A stretch of 64,000 bases of DNA from a virus (IMGVR_UViG_3300022745_000021:40960-104959); one strand, 5' to 3'; shown: positions 1-9,833, numbered from the stretch's first letter. Numbers and translations are program-made. The notes: generated by a model not told the origin, from the letters alone.

Positions 1-624
1 CGAGCTTGCATCGGACACGCGGGTATCGTGCGATGGGTGGCAGCCGGCCGGACCGGGCAGCGCGGCGTCGATGCGGGAAAGAATGTCCTTGAACGTCGAG
101 TAGGTCGCCCGAGAGCGCACCTCACCCGCCTCGACCCGCGCCACGAACCGACGCGCTGCCGCGATAAGATCGGCGGTGGCTTGCGCGTCGGGTTCGGGCA
201 CGGGGACTGGCGATGCAACAGGCAGCGCGGAGCCGGTGGGCTTGGCCCGCTGCTTGGCGCGGATCGCGTCGAGCTTGCCCCAGACGCGGGTCAGTTCGTG
301 GCTGGCGCAGGTGCGCATGTCGTAGGAGCGCGCGTTGCACAGCGCCGCCAGCGTGACCATGACGCCGCCGATCTCCTGCCCCGGCTCGCCGACCTCGCGG
401 GCGAACACGTAATCGACCAGCGCGTGAGCGCGTTCCTTGGTCCAGCCGGGGGTGGTCTGCGCCAGTTCCAGCGCTTCCTCGATAAACCGGTCGGCGCGCT
501 CGGTGACATCGCTGGCGATGGCGATGCCGAAACAGGCGATCGTCCAGTCCTGCACGGCGCGCTGGAACACGCCCAGTTCGAGGCGCATGGGATCGAAGGT
601 CATTACGTCGGTGTCAGGGGTCAC
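1..624 (-). CDS. MazG-like (all-alpha NTP pyrophosphatase-type) phage protein, 3' end runs off window
   Basis: Own translation from GTG at 624 (GTGA overlap with the upstream stop): FQRAVQDWTIACFG..ERADRFIEEALELAQ..GEPGQEIGGVMVTLAALC, with EE..EL and E.GG motifs. Absent from the ORF track because it is truncated. Confidence 0.6.
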   Translation of the reverse strand, partial: MTPDTDVMTFDPMRLELGVFQRAVQDWTIACFGIAIASDVTERADRFIEEALELAQTTPGWTKERAHALVDYVFAREVGEPGQEIGGVMVTLAALCNARSYDMRTCASHELTRVWGKLDAIRAKQRAKPTGSALPVASPVPVPEPDAQATADLIAAARRFVARVEAGEVRSRATYSTFKDILSRIDAALPGPAGCHPSHDTRVSDASS

Positions 625-877
625 TTCTTGCCTTTCCGCCGGGCCTTGCCGGCTGCTTTGTTGGCCTTGCGGCTCTGGAGTTTGCGTTTGGCGCGGTGGC
701 CGTAGCGCGCGGCTTCGCGGTCCTTGGATTGGACCCTTCCCGCGCCCCAGTCGTAGATCGCCTGCTCCGGGTCGGGGTAACGGACATCCTCCGCGCACTC
801 GATCACGTAGGGCGTCCAGCCGTCGCGGCAGGGCCAGCTGTCGAACAGCAGGTTGGGCACCGTGGGGCTGCTCTGCA

Positions 878-881
<4 letters not shown>
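621..881 (-). CDS. hypothetical protein with basic C-terminus
   Basis: 3' part of ORF 621..1064; start overlaps the DUF1643 stop; K/R-rich tail. Confidence 0.5.
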
Positions 882-1438
<557 letters not shown>

Positions 1439-1565
1439 TGTGTCTGGTCTCCTCTAGCTACCTACATGTGTTCTACATCGCGCCGCCTACACGCGCAACA
1501 TAATTTTACGTCAAACGGTTGCACGGATATTTGCAACTCGTTGCACCGCGATTATCTCTCGGGGC

Positions 1566-1985
1566 ATGAAAACGCTCTTGCTTCTCGCCGCTCTGGCCCC
1601 GGTTGTTGCCGGCGCTGGCACACCCGCCCCGCGCACCGCGTCCGATCCGTTCATCCGCTACGCCCGGCACGCGCTCGATACCCGCCTCAAGGACTATCCC
1701 CGCGCCCGGTTCCGCGACGCCCATGTCACCGTCTACGGGGATACCCACCGCCGGGTGCTGTGCGGGCGGATCAACGCCCCCAATTCCTACGGGGCGATGA
1801 CCGGCTGGCACGATTTCGTGGTGGGGACCAACGACATCGGCGATCCCTACCTGTACGAAGGCACCGACGACGTGACCGTGGCGATCATTGCCCAGCGCTG
1901 CACCGACGGCGTTCAGGCAGAGGAGCAGGACGTGTCTGGGTTGATCGCGGCCAGTGCTCCCGGCGCGGGCGCCGGGGTCTCATAG
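1566..1985 (+). CDS. secreted/periplasmic protein (only convincing plus-strand gene)
   Basis: Signal-peptide-like N-terminus MKTLLLLAALAPVVA; LKD..RARFRD and LCG.INAPNSYG.MTGW pattern; divergent from 878..1438 across an AT-richer gap. Confidence 0.65.
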   Translation: MKTLLLLAALAPVVAGAGTPAPRTASDPFIRYARHALDTRLKDYPRARFRDAHVTVYGDTHRRVLCGRINAPNSYGAMTGWHDFVVGTNDIGDPYLYEGTDDVTVAIIAQRCTDGVQAEEQDVSGLIAASAPGAGAGVS

Positions 1986-2524
1986 TAGGGCGCGATCCCG
2001 CGATAGCGAAAGGCTTCGAGCGCCACGTCGTCGAGCTTGATGCCGAGATGCAGGTCAAGGTCGGCCTCTGCCTCGGCGATCAGGCTTGCCGCCAGCGCCG
2101 CCGGGTCGAGGAGGTCCTTGTCGGTGCCGTACTCGTGCAGCGCCCGGATCGCGAACACGATCAGCCCATCATCGCGGTCCAGCTGGCGCGTGCCGTGCGG
2201 GACGTACGGGTCGAGGTAGTAGACCGTGCCCTCGGCAAGCGGCAACGGTTCCTGCCCTTCCACCTCCAACCAGTGGCTGCCCTCGGCGTAGAGGATCAGG
2301 CCGCCGATGCGCACGTCCGACGCAAAGTCCCGGTCGGTGTGCGTGCCTACCCCGCCGCGCCAGCCGGACAGGCAGCCGCACACCATGATCCCTTCCCCGT
2401 CCTCGTCGCCGAAGCCCCAGTCCGCCTCGTGGCCGAGCACCACCTTGAGCGCGGACCGACGCAGGGCCTCGGGGATCGGCGCGACGCCGGGGTGAATCGA
2501 CGCGGCGGACGCAGCCCGGTGCAT
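1913..2524 (-). CDS. putative 2OG-Fe(II) dioxygenase / cupin-fold protein
   Basis: HxD (HTDRD) plus distal H in GTVYYLDPYVPHG; TGATG coupling to the upstream gene. Confidence 0.45.
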   Translation of the reverse strand: MHRAASAASIHPGVAPIPEALRRSALKVVLGHEADWGFGDEDGEGIMVCGCLSGWRGGVGTHTDRDFASDVRIGGLILYAEGSHWLEVEGQEPLPLAEGTVYYLDPYVPHGTRQLDRDDGLIVFAIRALHEYGTDKDLLDPAALAASLIAEAEADLDLHLGIKLDDVALEAFRYRGIAPYYETPAPAPGALAAINPDTSCSSA

Positions 2525-3231
2525 CAGTAGTCCCCCTTCCCGCGCGACACGTTGTCCTCGTCAAGCTCGATCTTGGTGCCACAGGCGACATAGGCGCGCA
2601 GGCGCTGTTCGACGCCGTACACCCGGCCGATGTAGGACTTGGACTCGGGCGTGATCGTGTTGTCGCCGACGTAGGCCCCGGCGAGCGTGCCGTCCTCGCG
2701 GATCAACAGCCGGTGCTTGCAGCGGTACTTGTCACGCTCGGCGTAGACGTTGTCCTCGTCGAGGTAGACCCACGTCGAGCCGTGGTCGTTATGCTCGACG
2801 ATCACGGTGATGATCTCGCCCCATGCGTCGCTGTCGTGGGTTTCGAGCATGTACTCGGCGATCTTCGAGAGCTTGACCTCCTTGGGGGCCAGCGAGAGCA
2901 GTTCATCCATGTCCTGCGCCAGCCTGCCGGCGACGACTTCGCTGACACGCGCCTCGATCTGCGCTTTCAGCATTTGCGTGACGACGTGGCCGTAGCTCGG
3001 CAGATCAATGCGATCGACCTTGAGCGCGTCTTGGACCGCCGCCTCGATCATCTTACCAACGTCGGAATAGGTGCGCAGTGCACGGTCGATGGTCTCGATG
3101 ACCAGCTTCTCGACACGGGTGTTCACTTCCTTCTCGACGAACTCGGGGGTCATCTTGGCCGCGACCGCGTTGGCGATCAGGCCGGTGAAGGCGTCGGGGG
3201 CGGTTTCGGTGAGGGTATCGGTGTCAGCCAT
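2524..3231 (-). CDS. hypothetical phage protein
   Basis: 235-aa ORF, GGAG SD, typical codon usage. Confidence 0.75.
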   Translation of the reverse strand: MADTDTLTETAPDAFTGLIANAVAAKMTPEFVEKEVNTRVEKLVIETIDRALRTYSDVGKMIEAAVQDALKVDRIDLPSYGHVVTQMLKAQIEARVSEVVAGRLAQDMDELLSLAPKEVKLSKIAEYMLETHDSDAWGEIITVIVEHNDHGSTWVYLDEDNVYAERDKYRCKHRLLIREDGTLAGAYVGDNTITPESKSYIGRVYGVEQRLRAYVACGTKIELDEDNVSRGKGDY

Positions 3232-3592
3232 TGCGGGTCTCCCAAGGCGAGCGGAAGGTGGGGGCGGCGGGGATGTTGTCGCGGTCGAGCACGTAGGAGG
3301 TGCGCTCGTCGGGGATACCTCCCCCGCGCTTCACGGTGACGTGCACCCTGCCCTCCCGATCGTCCGAGAAGCGGATGCTGTCCCGGAAGCTGCGCAGCAC
3401 GGCGTTGTAGATCATCGTGTCGGTGACCCAGAACATCCACCACTTGCGGCGGCCGATGGTCTCGTGCACCAGTTCGGGCACGGTGTCGGTCTCGATCAGG
3501 TTGATCTGGTCGAGCAGCATGGGAAGCTCGGCGAGGAAGCGGTCGCGCACGCCGCCTTCCTTGGGGATTTTCGCCATGTCGTGGATCGTCAC
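3224..3592 (-). CDS. hypothetical protein (may start at in-frame ATC 3652)
   Basis: ORF track; the strong SD lies upstream of the in-frame ATC at 3652. Confidence 0.6.
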   Translation of the reverse strand: MTIHDMAKIPKEGGVRDRFLAELPMLLDQINLIETDTVPELVHETIGRRKWWMFWVTDTMIYNAVLRSFRDSIRFSDDREGRVHVTVKRGGGIPDERTSYVLDRDNIPAAPTFRSPWETRNG

Positions 3593-3684
3593 GCACGGGT
3601 ACGTGCGGGGGCCTGATCCCTGACTGGTCTCGGGGTTGGTCTCGGTAGTGATGGGGCTTCTCCTCGTTGGTTACTTCCCAAGTG

Positions 3685-4194
3685 TTATACCACAAATGGG
3701 GTACATGTGTAGCTATTTCGGTTGCAACTCTCGAAGTCGGCGACCCCGTCCCGGGCGAAACCGCCGAACAACTCGAAGCGCAGCTGGCCGTTGCCATCCC
3801 GACTTGGCCCCTTGATGTGCAGCGCCATCACCGTCTCGAACGTCCGGGGGTAGCCGCCGCGATCGAGGTGCCGGCATATCGCGTTACCCGCGCCCCTCCC
3901 CTGTGCCACGAAGAACGCCGCGTCGATCGTGCCCGCCTCGGTGCGGTGGCCGTCGGTGTACGTCTCGTCCACGTCGATATTGCCGATCCACTCCAGCGGG
4001 ATTTCGAGGAGCTTGGGCGGCGGGGCTTGCTTCGCTTCGAGCGCGCAGGTGACGATCCGATAGGGCAGCAACCGCATTGCCCGCACACAGGTGTTCCCCG
4101 GGGCCGCGATCACCACCCGCCGGGGGCCGAGCGCATGGATAAACCCGCCGCGCAGCGCGCGCAGCATCAGCATGTCATCGTCGTGGGTCAGCAT
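3685..4194 (-). CDS. hypothetical protein
   Basis: Start MLTHDDD at 4194 with GGAGACC SD. Confidence 0.6.
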   Translation of the reverse strand: MLTHDDDMLMLRALRGGFIHALGPRRVVIAAPGNTCVRAMRLLPYRIVTCALEAKQAPPPKLLEIPLEWIGNIDVDETYTDGHRTEAGTIDAAFFVAQGRGAGNAICRHLDRGGYPRTFETVMALHIKGPSRDGNGQLRFELFGGFARDGVADFESCNRNSYTCTPFVV

Positions 4195-4616
4195 AGGATG
4201 TCGGTCTCCGTGACAAGGTGTTGGACGGGAACGAAGCCCGTGAGGCTTGGTTGCGCCTTGGCGTGCTCTTTCACGGTGCGCAGTGCTTCGGCTCGGGTGC
4301 AATCCCGGCCGACGCCGTGGACGAGGACGTGATCGACCGACGACAGGCTCTTGCGCCGCTCGAACAGCACCGACACCACGTGCACATGGAGCGTGGACGG
4401 CGCGGGGTCAGGCGCGGGCACGGGACCGGGGGCATCGTCTGCGTAGGGCGCGACCGGCCCCAGCACCACGAACCCGAAGTCGGCAAGCTCGGTGGTCGGG
4501 CACGTGTCCAGATGCCCGGCGAACTCCCACCAGCCGCGCCGGTACGACGCCACCTGCCGCGCGCCCTGCCCGTCGATGTCCTCGACCCAGTAGAAGCCGT
4601 CGGCGTAGTCCTTCAT
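4188..4616 (-). CDS. hypothetical protein
   Basis: Start MKDYADGFYW at 4616, ATGA overlap. Confidence 0.6.
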   Translation of the reverse strand: MKDYADGFYWVEDIDGQGARQVASYRRGWWEFAGHLDTCPTTELADFGFVVLGPVAPYADDAPGPVPAPDPAPSTLHVHVVSVLFERRKSLSSVDHVLVHGVGRDCTRAEALRTVKEHAKAQPSLTGFVPVQHLVTETDILC

Positions 4617-5008
4617 GCCCGGGCGATCTCCTCTACCGTCGCCCGCCGGACGCGCACGTAGTCGAAATCCATGTCGTCGTCGGACGAGAACCCGTCGCCC
4701 CGGTGGTACACGGCGGTGACGCCCTCCATGACCCACCAGCCCTCGCCGGGGCAGTCGATCAGCCCGCCCACGGCGTAGTCGAGGAAACTGCCGTACGCCT
4801 GTTCGTAGCTGGCCGCGCCGGTGACGCCCTCGGCGCCGTTCAGCACGGTCGCGCTCTCGATGCTGTGCTTGCCAACGCCCCAATGCGGATCGGTCTGGTC
4901 GGCGTACTCCTCGGCCACCACCTCGAAGATGACATCCTCGGGCGAGTTGAAGTCAAACTTCTCCGGTTCTTCGTCGCGGGCTGGATCGGCTGCGATCAGG
5001 TCGGTCAC
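4613..5008 (-). CDS. acidic hypothetical protein
   Basis: GTG start at 5008 overlapping the upstream stop; GGAGG SD. Confidence 0.6.
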   Translation of the reverse strand: MTDLIAADPARDEEPEKFDFNSPEDVIFEVVAEEYADQTDPHWGVGKHSIESATVLNGAEGVTGAASYEQAYGSFLDYAVGGLIDCPGEGWWVMEGVTAVYHRGDGFSSDDDMDFDYVRVRRATVEEIARA

Positions 5009-5469
5009 CGGCCGTCCTCCAGCAGGAAGCAGGCACCGTGCGGGATGCCGTAGGGGTAGCTGTCGAGCAGGACCATTATGTTCTTGTCGGTGCTGCCATA
5101 CAGGTAGATTTCCCACGCGCGCTTGGGGTCGTCCCAGCGGATGTAGTGCAGGCCCTTCTCGATGGCATCCACCTGAGACACCTGCTTGAGCACACTGCGG
5201 CGTTGCAACCAGTTGCACTCGCCCTTGAGCGCGGTCACCTCGGCGTCGAGCTTGTGCCACAGGTACGACATCACGAGGAAGCCGCCGCCGGTCACCATGA
5301 ACGCCGTCGCCAGCGGCAGCGCGGCAGGATGCAGGTCCCCCCGGGCGACGCCCATCATGCCGAACACGCCCATGCCGATGGTGATCGCCGCGCAGAGGTT
5401 GGCGACCTCCCGCCAGAAGCGGGACACGCGCGGGGGATGGTCGGTGGGGGACGATGTCGCCGATGCCAT
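5005..5469 (-). CDS. membrane protein (two predicted TM helices)
   Basis: Two hydrophobic stretches; SD GAGGAGACC; own promoter upstream. Confidence 0.65.
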   Translation of the reverse strand: MASATSSPTDHPPRVSRFWREVANLCAAITIGMGVFGMMGVARGDLHPAALPLATAFMVTGGGFLVMSYLWHKLDAEVTALKGECNWLQRRSVLKQVSQVDAIEKGLHYIRWDDPKRAWEIYLYGSTDKNIMVLLDSYPYGIPHGACFLLEDGR

Positions 5470-5540
5470 GGTGGGTGGTCTCCTCGCGGTTCGTTTGCTA
5501 CCTAGATGTGTTCATACCACAACAGGGGTACGTGTCAAGC
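5470..5540 (-). promoter_or_regulatory. sigma70-like early promoter without the AGGCAG hairpin
   Basis: Minus strand TTGACA-CGTACCCCTGTTGTGG-TATGAA, then GAGGAGACC SD. Confidence 0.6.
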
Positions 5541-5645
5541 CCAGCGTCAGGTTGGTGGTGTCGTAGGTCATGGCGTGACATCCCATGTCGGACCGCCCGG
5601 GCAGGTGCAGGTGCATTCGTTACCCGGTCCGCCGTCGCGCTGACA

Positions 5646-5936
5646 TCACTCCCCATCGCGCGCCTCCATAAGTGCAGCGCGGACGGCGGCAATTTGTGCG
5701 CTGGCGAACAGTTCACCCGGCAGGCTGTTTGGATCGGGATGGACGTACCCGACGACTATCCCCGCCGCCTCCTCCAGCCCGGCGAGACGGCCCGCTGCGA
5801 AGGCGGTTTCGCGGTGGGTGGCGATAGATTGAGCCTCAGCAGTGAAGGCTAGACCAGCGCGTACTCTGTCAGCCATTTCATCGTCGAGTTCCAGCAGGTC
5901 GATCAGTAGGGCAATGTCGTCGTCATTCACGGTCAT
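5646..5936 (-). CDS. hypothetical protein
   Basis: ORF with GGAG SD, in a lower-GC patch. Confidence 0.55.
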   Translation of the reverse strand: MTVNDDDIALLIDLLELDDEMADRVRAGLAFTAEAQSIATHRETAFAAGRLAGLEEAAGIVVGYVHPDPNSLPGELFASAQIAAVRAALMEARDGE

Positions 5937-6066
5937 GGCCTGTCTCCCTTACGGTATTTCATCCTGAGGGCGGCAACTGCGTCCACCATATCGCGCTTAA
6001 ACACGCACTCCGGCGTGACCTTGAGCCAGCACCACCACGCGGCAACTGATAGCCACCAACGAATGC

Positions 6067-6738
6067 TCATGGCTTGGCTCCGATGGCTGCGATAATCTTG
6101 TGGAGATGCGTGCCGACGCCGAACACGAAACGGATAGCCTCGTCGGAATCACAACCGTCTGAAACCCAAGCGGCGTACTGGTCTGACATTTCCGCCTCAA
6201 GTTCGGTCAGCGCCTCCACAGCCTCCCGCTCCCCCGTCGCTGCGGGCATGGCGGATAGGGCTGCGGCATTGAGATAGCGTTCGGCAGTTGGCCACTGATC
6301 CTCGTCGAGAACCCGCGCGAGATATTCGCCGAGTTCGCGCAAAGGCTCCGGCGCTTTGCTGACAACGGCATTCATGTGGGCCATCCACTCGACTGCCGCA
6401 GCCTCACGGTCTGGCGCGGGCATGGCGGATAGGGCTGCGTCGGCGATCCACAAATCCCAATCGCTCAAGTCCTCCGGGAACCCGTTCGCATAGTAGTCCG
6501 GCGTACGCTTGTGGTCCGCAAGACTGATCGCCCTTGCCACGCGCTCCCGCACGTCGTCGGCCACAGCCTCACGGTCTGGCGCGCGGAGTGCGGCGAGGTC
6601 AACAATCCAGCCATTGCCGCCGCAGCGAGTGCATTCGGTATGACAGGCGCCTTCATCCAGCCCGTCCGGATAACCCCCTTCGCCTTCGCACTGCGGGCAG
6701 ACTTTCACGGCGCGCTCATCCGCCAGTGTTCCGTTCAT
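6067..6738 (-). CDS. mosaic hypothetical protein with CxxCxGxG zinc-finger-like motif
   Basis: Start MNGTLAD at 6738; CPQCEGEGG and CTRCGGNG; internal repeated linkers. Confidence 0.55.
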   Translation of the reverse strand: MNGTLADERAVKVCPQCEGEGGYPDGLDEGACHTECTRCGGNGWIVDLAALRAPDREAVADDVRERVARAISLADHKRTPDYYANGFPEDLSDWDLWIADAALSAMPAPDREAAAVEWMAHMNAVVSKAPEPLRELGEYLARVLDEDQWPTAERYLNAAALSAMPAATGEREAVEALTELEAEMSDQYAAWVSDGCDSDEAIRFVFGVGTHLHKIIAAIGAKP

Positions 6739-6962
6739 GGTGCTTCCTTTCGGGTGTTCCAGACTGATGCGGCTTTGGCGCGGCCTCGGGCATCGTCGGG
6801 ATACCAGCAGCCGCGTTCGACCGCGCAATCCTCGTCGCTGCACTGGACCTTGCAGGCCATTCCGATATGGACGCGGTTCCGTGCCAACATGCCGGCGCTT
6901 CCGCAGAACGGGCACGGCAGCAGTTCCGCCGCTCTCACCGCTTCGGGTGTTGGGTTGCTCAC
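6735..6962 (-). CDS. Lar-family (restriction alleviation-like) zinc-ribbon protein
   Basis: ELLPCPFCGS..VQC..C..AASVWNTR pattern. Confidence 0.7.
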   Translation of the reverse strand: MSNPTPEAVRAAELLPCPFCGSAGMLARNRVHIGMACKVQCSDEDCAVERGCWYPDDARGRAKAASVWNTRKEAP

Positions 6963-7720
6963 TGCTCGGGGTTCCTTTCGAGATAGGTGCGGGCGGCTTC
7001 CTCTGTCGCGTGTTCGGTGAAAACAACGCGATCATCGCTTTCCAGCGCGTCCATTTCCTCGGTCGTGCGAACATGAACAGCGCACCAGATCGACGGCAGT
7101 GAGCGCGCGCATTCAACTTCAAGGATGTGATGGCCCGGTTCAGGGTCGTAACGGTCAATCACATCATAAACGTCGAAATCGCAGCTTTCCGTGTAGCTTG
7201 GGTGATAGAACCAAGTTGGCTGCTGCGCTTTCGCCAGTGCCGCCCTCGCCTCTGCCAGTTCGCGGGTGAGGCGGTCGATGGTGTCGCGGTTGGCTTCGAG
7301 CGGGTCATCGTCCTCGGTCTGGTTGTCCCGCCGCTGGCTGACAAGCTCGTCGTACATCGCAGCGAACTTCTGCGTCATCGCGATCTCGGCGGTCAGCTGC
7401 GCGTCACGGGCAGCGATAATCCGCTCTAGCTCCGCGATCTTGGCGGCCTGCACCGGGTCAGGCATGGTCTGCCACGTGCCGGCGTGGTTGATGTAGAACC
7501 ACTCGTTGGTCTTGGGGTTCACCGCGAACAGGTTCGTCCCCTTGGGCAGTGCCGGGTGGGTCGGCAGGGGGGCCGTCCAGTTCTCATCCTTGGCCGCCCG
7601 CGCGGAGCAGTGGTTTGGCCCGAGAATTTCGTTCTCTCGGGGCGTGCCACCGCACCAGCGGCACACGCTATTGGAATGCCCTAGGCTGGCGGACCGGTAT
7701 TCGTGGGGGCAATTCGTCAC
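6959..7720 (-). CDS. mosaic hypothetical protein with coiled-coil segment
   Basis: 253-aa ORF coupled to both neighbours. Confidence 0.6.
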   Translation of the reverse strand: MTNCPHEYRSASLGHSNSVCRWCGGTPRENEILGPNHCSARAAKDENWTAPLPTHPALPKGTNLFAVNPKTNEWFYINHAGTWQTMPDPVQAAKIAELERIIAARDAQLTAEIAMTQKFAAMYDELVSQRRDNQTEDDDPLEANRDTIDRLTRELAEARAALAKAQQPTWFYHPSYTESCDFDVYDVIDRYDPEPGHHILEVECARSLPSIWCAVHVRTTEEMDALESDDRVVFTEHATEEAARTYLERNPEQ

Positions 7721-8322
7721 GCGTGTTCTCCCTCGTTGGTTGCAACTGGTTGCACCGGGACACGTACCCGGATGCGGGGCTTGGGGAGCACGTCGGCTTC
7801 CTCGGCTTCCTGCGCCAGCGACATGCGTTGAAGCTCCCCGCGCCGCTCGTTGATGATCCGTTGCAGGGACGCCAGCCCTTGCGCGTCGCTTTCCCAGATG
7901 ATTTCCTCGACGCTGATCCGCTCGATGACGTTGCGGGCCTTGGTGGTCTTCGGGGCGCGTTCGACCAGCGGGTAGGCGCTGACGGGTTCAGGCTCGGCTT
8001 CCTCGGCGGCCAGCGCCAGCATGTGCGCCTTGGCCTTCTCCTGTTCGGCCACCGCGTCGATCACGATCGGCTCGCCACCGCCCACGGGGTACAGCAGCGT
8101 CATCGTGCCGGTCATGTCCGGCTGGCTCGCCATGTCCACGCCGAACAGCTTGACGTCGGCCGCCGGGGGCTTGCCCGGGGCGTGCTGGTTGAGCCATGCG
8201 ATCAGGCTCGGCTTGTCGGTGGGGACCTCGATCTTCTCCCAGCCCTTCATGCCGTCGTTGGCGGCCTTAGCGTCGGCCTCGGTGCCGGTCCACACGTGTC
8301 CCTTGGAGCGATAGAGCCGCAT
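7717..8322 (-). CDS. hypothetical protein
   Basis: 201-aa ORF, TGATG coupling to the upstream peptide gene. Confidence 0.65.
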   Translation of the reverse strand: MRLYRSKGHVWTGTEADAKAANDGMKGWEKIEVPTDKPSLIAWLNQHAPGKPPAADVKLFGVDMASQPDMTGTMTLLYPVGGGEPIVIDAVAEQEKAKAHMLALAAEEAEPEPVSAYPLVERAPKTTKARNVIERISVEEIIWESDAQGLASLQRIINERRGELQRMSLAQEAEEADVLPKPRIRVRVPVQPVATNEGEHA

Positions 8323-8420
8323 CAGAACATGTCCTCCAGCCCCTTGGCCGCGTCACGGCCGAGCTTGTACCCGAACCCGCGCAGGATGGCGCGCAGGAGG
8401 ATGGACAGGATATTTCCCAT
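8322..8420 (-). CDS. 32-aa amphipathic peptide
   Basis: MGNILSILLRAILRGFGYKLGRDAAKGLEDMF; first gene after the module SD; its stop overlaps the next ATG. Confidence 0.6.
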   Translation of the reverse strand: MGNILSILLRAILRGFGYKLGRDAAKGLEDMF

Positions 8421-8546
8421 GGTGGTTGGTCTCCTCGTTCTTGTAGCGTAGGGGCTGGCCTGCCTGCCGCCCTACACGTGTTGCTTAGACCAACGGGGCC
8501 TACACGTCAAGCGTTTTGAGGTGCAACTGGGTTGCAACTGGTTGCA
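8421..8546 (-). promoter_or_regulatory. early expression module copy 1 (palindromes, promoter, AGGCAG hairpin, SD)
   Basis: + strand GGCCTGCCTGCC at 8457-8468; -35 TTGACG; tandem TGCAAC palindromes 8522-8546. Confidence 0.75.
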
Positions 8547-8576
8547 GTCGCCGGAAGCGCTACCCCCCCTGCCCGC

Positions 8577-9104
8577 CTACCCGGCCTTGTCCGCGTTGGC
8601 GCTGGCCCATAACCGCGCCGCGCCCATGCCCGCCCGAATGCAGCGCAGGGCGAACGTCCCGGGGGCAGCACCCTTGGCGTTGACGAACCCGGCGAACGTC
8701 CGCTGCCAGCCTTGGTCGAAGAACTTCTGGTAGGTCTCGCGCGGCCAGTCAGGGTGCCCCGCAAAGAATACATCCGCCCGTCGCTGGCGGTAGGTCGCGC
8801 CGACGTCGGGGTCCGCCTCGGATAGTACCTGTTTGATCCGGGGCATGTTGTCGCGGCTGCGCTCCGGTGTCATACCGATCGCCAGTTGCGGGGCGCGCTT
8901 GGGGGGCGGCGGGGGCGTAGGCGCCGGCAGGTTTTCCAGCGCATCCCAGATCACGCCGTGGATGACTTCGCGCAGCTGGTCACGCGCCTTGGGTACGCGC
9001 CGCCGGGTGTCGGTCATCAATCGCTGCCACAGATCGCGGCGGCCGGTGACGTCTTGGGCAACCCGGGCGTGTATCGCCGCCGCCGCCGCACGTGGATCGG
9101 TCAT
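8577..9104 (-). CDS. hypothetical protein
   Basis: Start MTDPRAAA at 9104, ATGA overlap. Confidence 0.55.
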   Translation of the reverse strand: MTDPRAAAAAIHARVAQDVTGRRDLWQRLMTDTRRRVPKARDQLREVIHGVIWDALENLPAPTPPPPPKRAPQLAIGMTPERSRDNMPRIKQVLSEADPDVGATYRQRRADVFFAGHPDWPRETYQKFFDQGWQRTFAGFVNAKGAAPGTFALRCIRAGMGAARLWASANADKAG

Positions 9105-9379
9105 GTGTCTTCGCTTGCCCCCTCGATCACGCGCCAAAGCTCCCAGATCGCGGTCTTGCGGTAGCATTGTTCGGCGGCAAGCTCGATACCGTACGCCGCC
9201 TTGAACGCGTCGCGCATCCGGGCGTGATCGTCGGCGTAGATCATGCCGTCACCGAGATCGCCCAGCGTGTCGCCCATGTCGATCGGCACGGACGCAGGCA
9301 GCGCGTACACCCGGCGGACCAGCGCCAGCAGACGCAGTTCCTCGGGGGAGTAATCGGGGCCGGATACAGGGACACTCAC
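9101..9379 (-). CDS. possible acyl-carrier-protein-like protein lacking the attachment Ser
   Basis: DTLGDLG..AFKAAYGIEL..E....TAIWEL pattern resembles ACP helices; no DS motif. Confidence 0.35.
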   Translation of the reverse strand: MSVPVSGPDYSPEELRLLALVRRVYALPASVPIDMGDTLGDLGDGMIYADDHARMRDAFKAAYGIELAAEQCYRKTAIWELWRVIEGASEDT

Positions 9380-9495
9380 GGCGTCAGCCCCCGCTTCTGG
9401 TCGAGCCGACCGCAGCACGTGCACTTGTCAGACAGGTGGTCCCAGAACACCCAGTGGTGCCGGCCTAGGAACAGGCAGCGAAATAGCTGGATCAT
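9376..9495 (-). CDS. 39-aa Cys/His peptide
   Basis: MIQLFRCLFLGRHHW..CTCCGR; fills the gap with ATGA/GTGA overlaps. Confidence 0.45.
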   Translation of the reverse strand: MIQLFRCLFLGRHHWVFWDHLSDKCTCCGRLDQKRGLTP

Positions 9496-9833
9496 GCGTC
9501 CGTCTTTCCGCCGACCTCACTCGGCATAAACGTATGCGCCACCCGGGATGCTCTGTGCAGCAAATCGTACAGCCTTGGGTCGAAGTACCGCAGCGTCGGG
9601 GGCATATGGTGCACCGCGTCCATGATCGCCCCCCGCAATGCTGCCACAAGCTGTTCGGGGTCAACCGGGGTGTCCGGTCGTTTGCGCGGCTCGCGATCCA
9701 GCGCACCCGCCGCGATCTCCGCTAGGAACTTGGCGTTGTTGGCCTCCCGCTCGGCAAGCTCGGTAGCCATGCGGGATTGGGCAAGCCCCACCTGACTGTC
9801 CAGCAAATCGGCGTATGGGTGACGATCCGTCAC
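9492..9833 (-). CDS. hypothetical protein
   Basis: ORF track, GGAGG SD. Confidence 0.6.
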   Translation of the reverse strand: MTDRHPYADLLDSQVGLAQSRMATELAEREANNAKFLAEIAAGALDREPRKRPDTPVDPEQLVAALRGAIMDAVHHMPPTLRYFDPRLYDLLHRASRVAHTFMPSEVGGKTDA

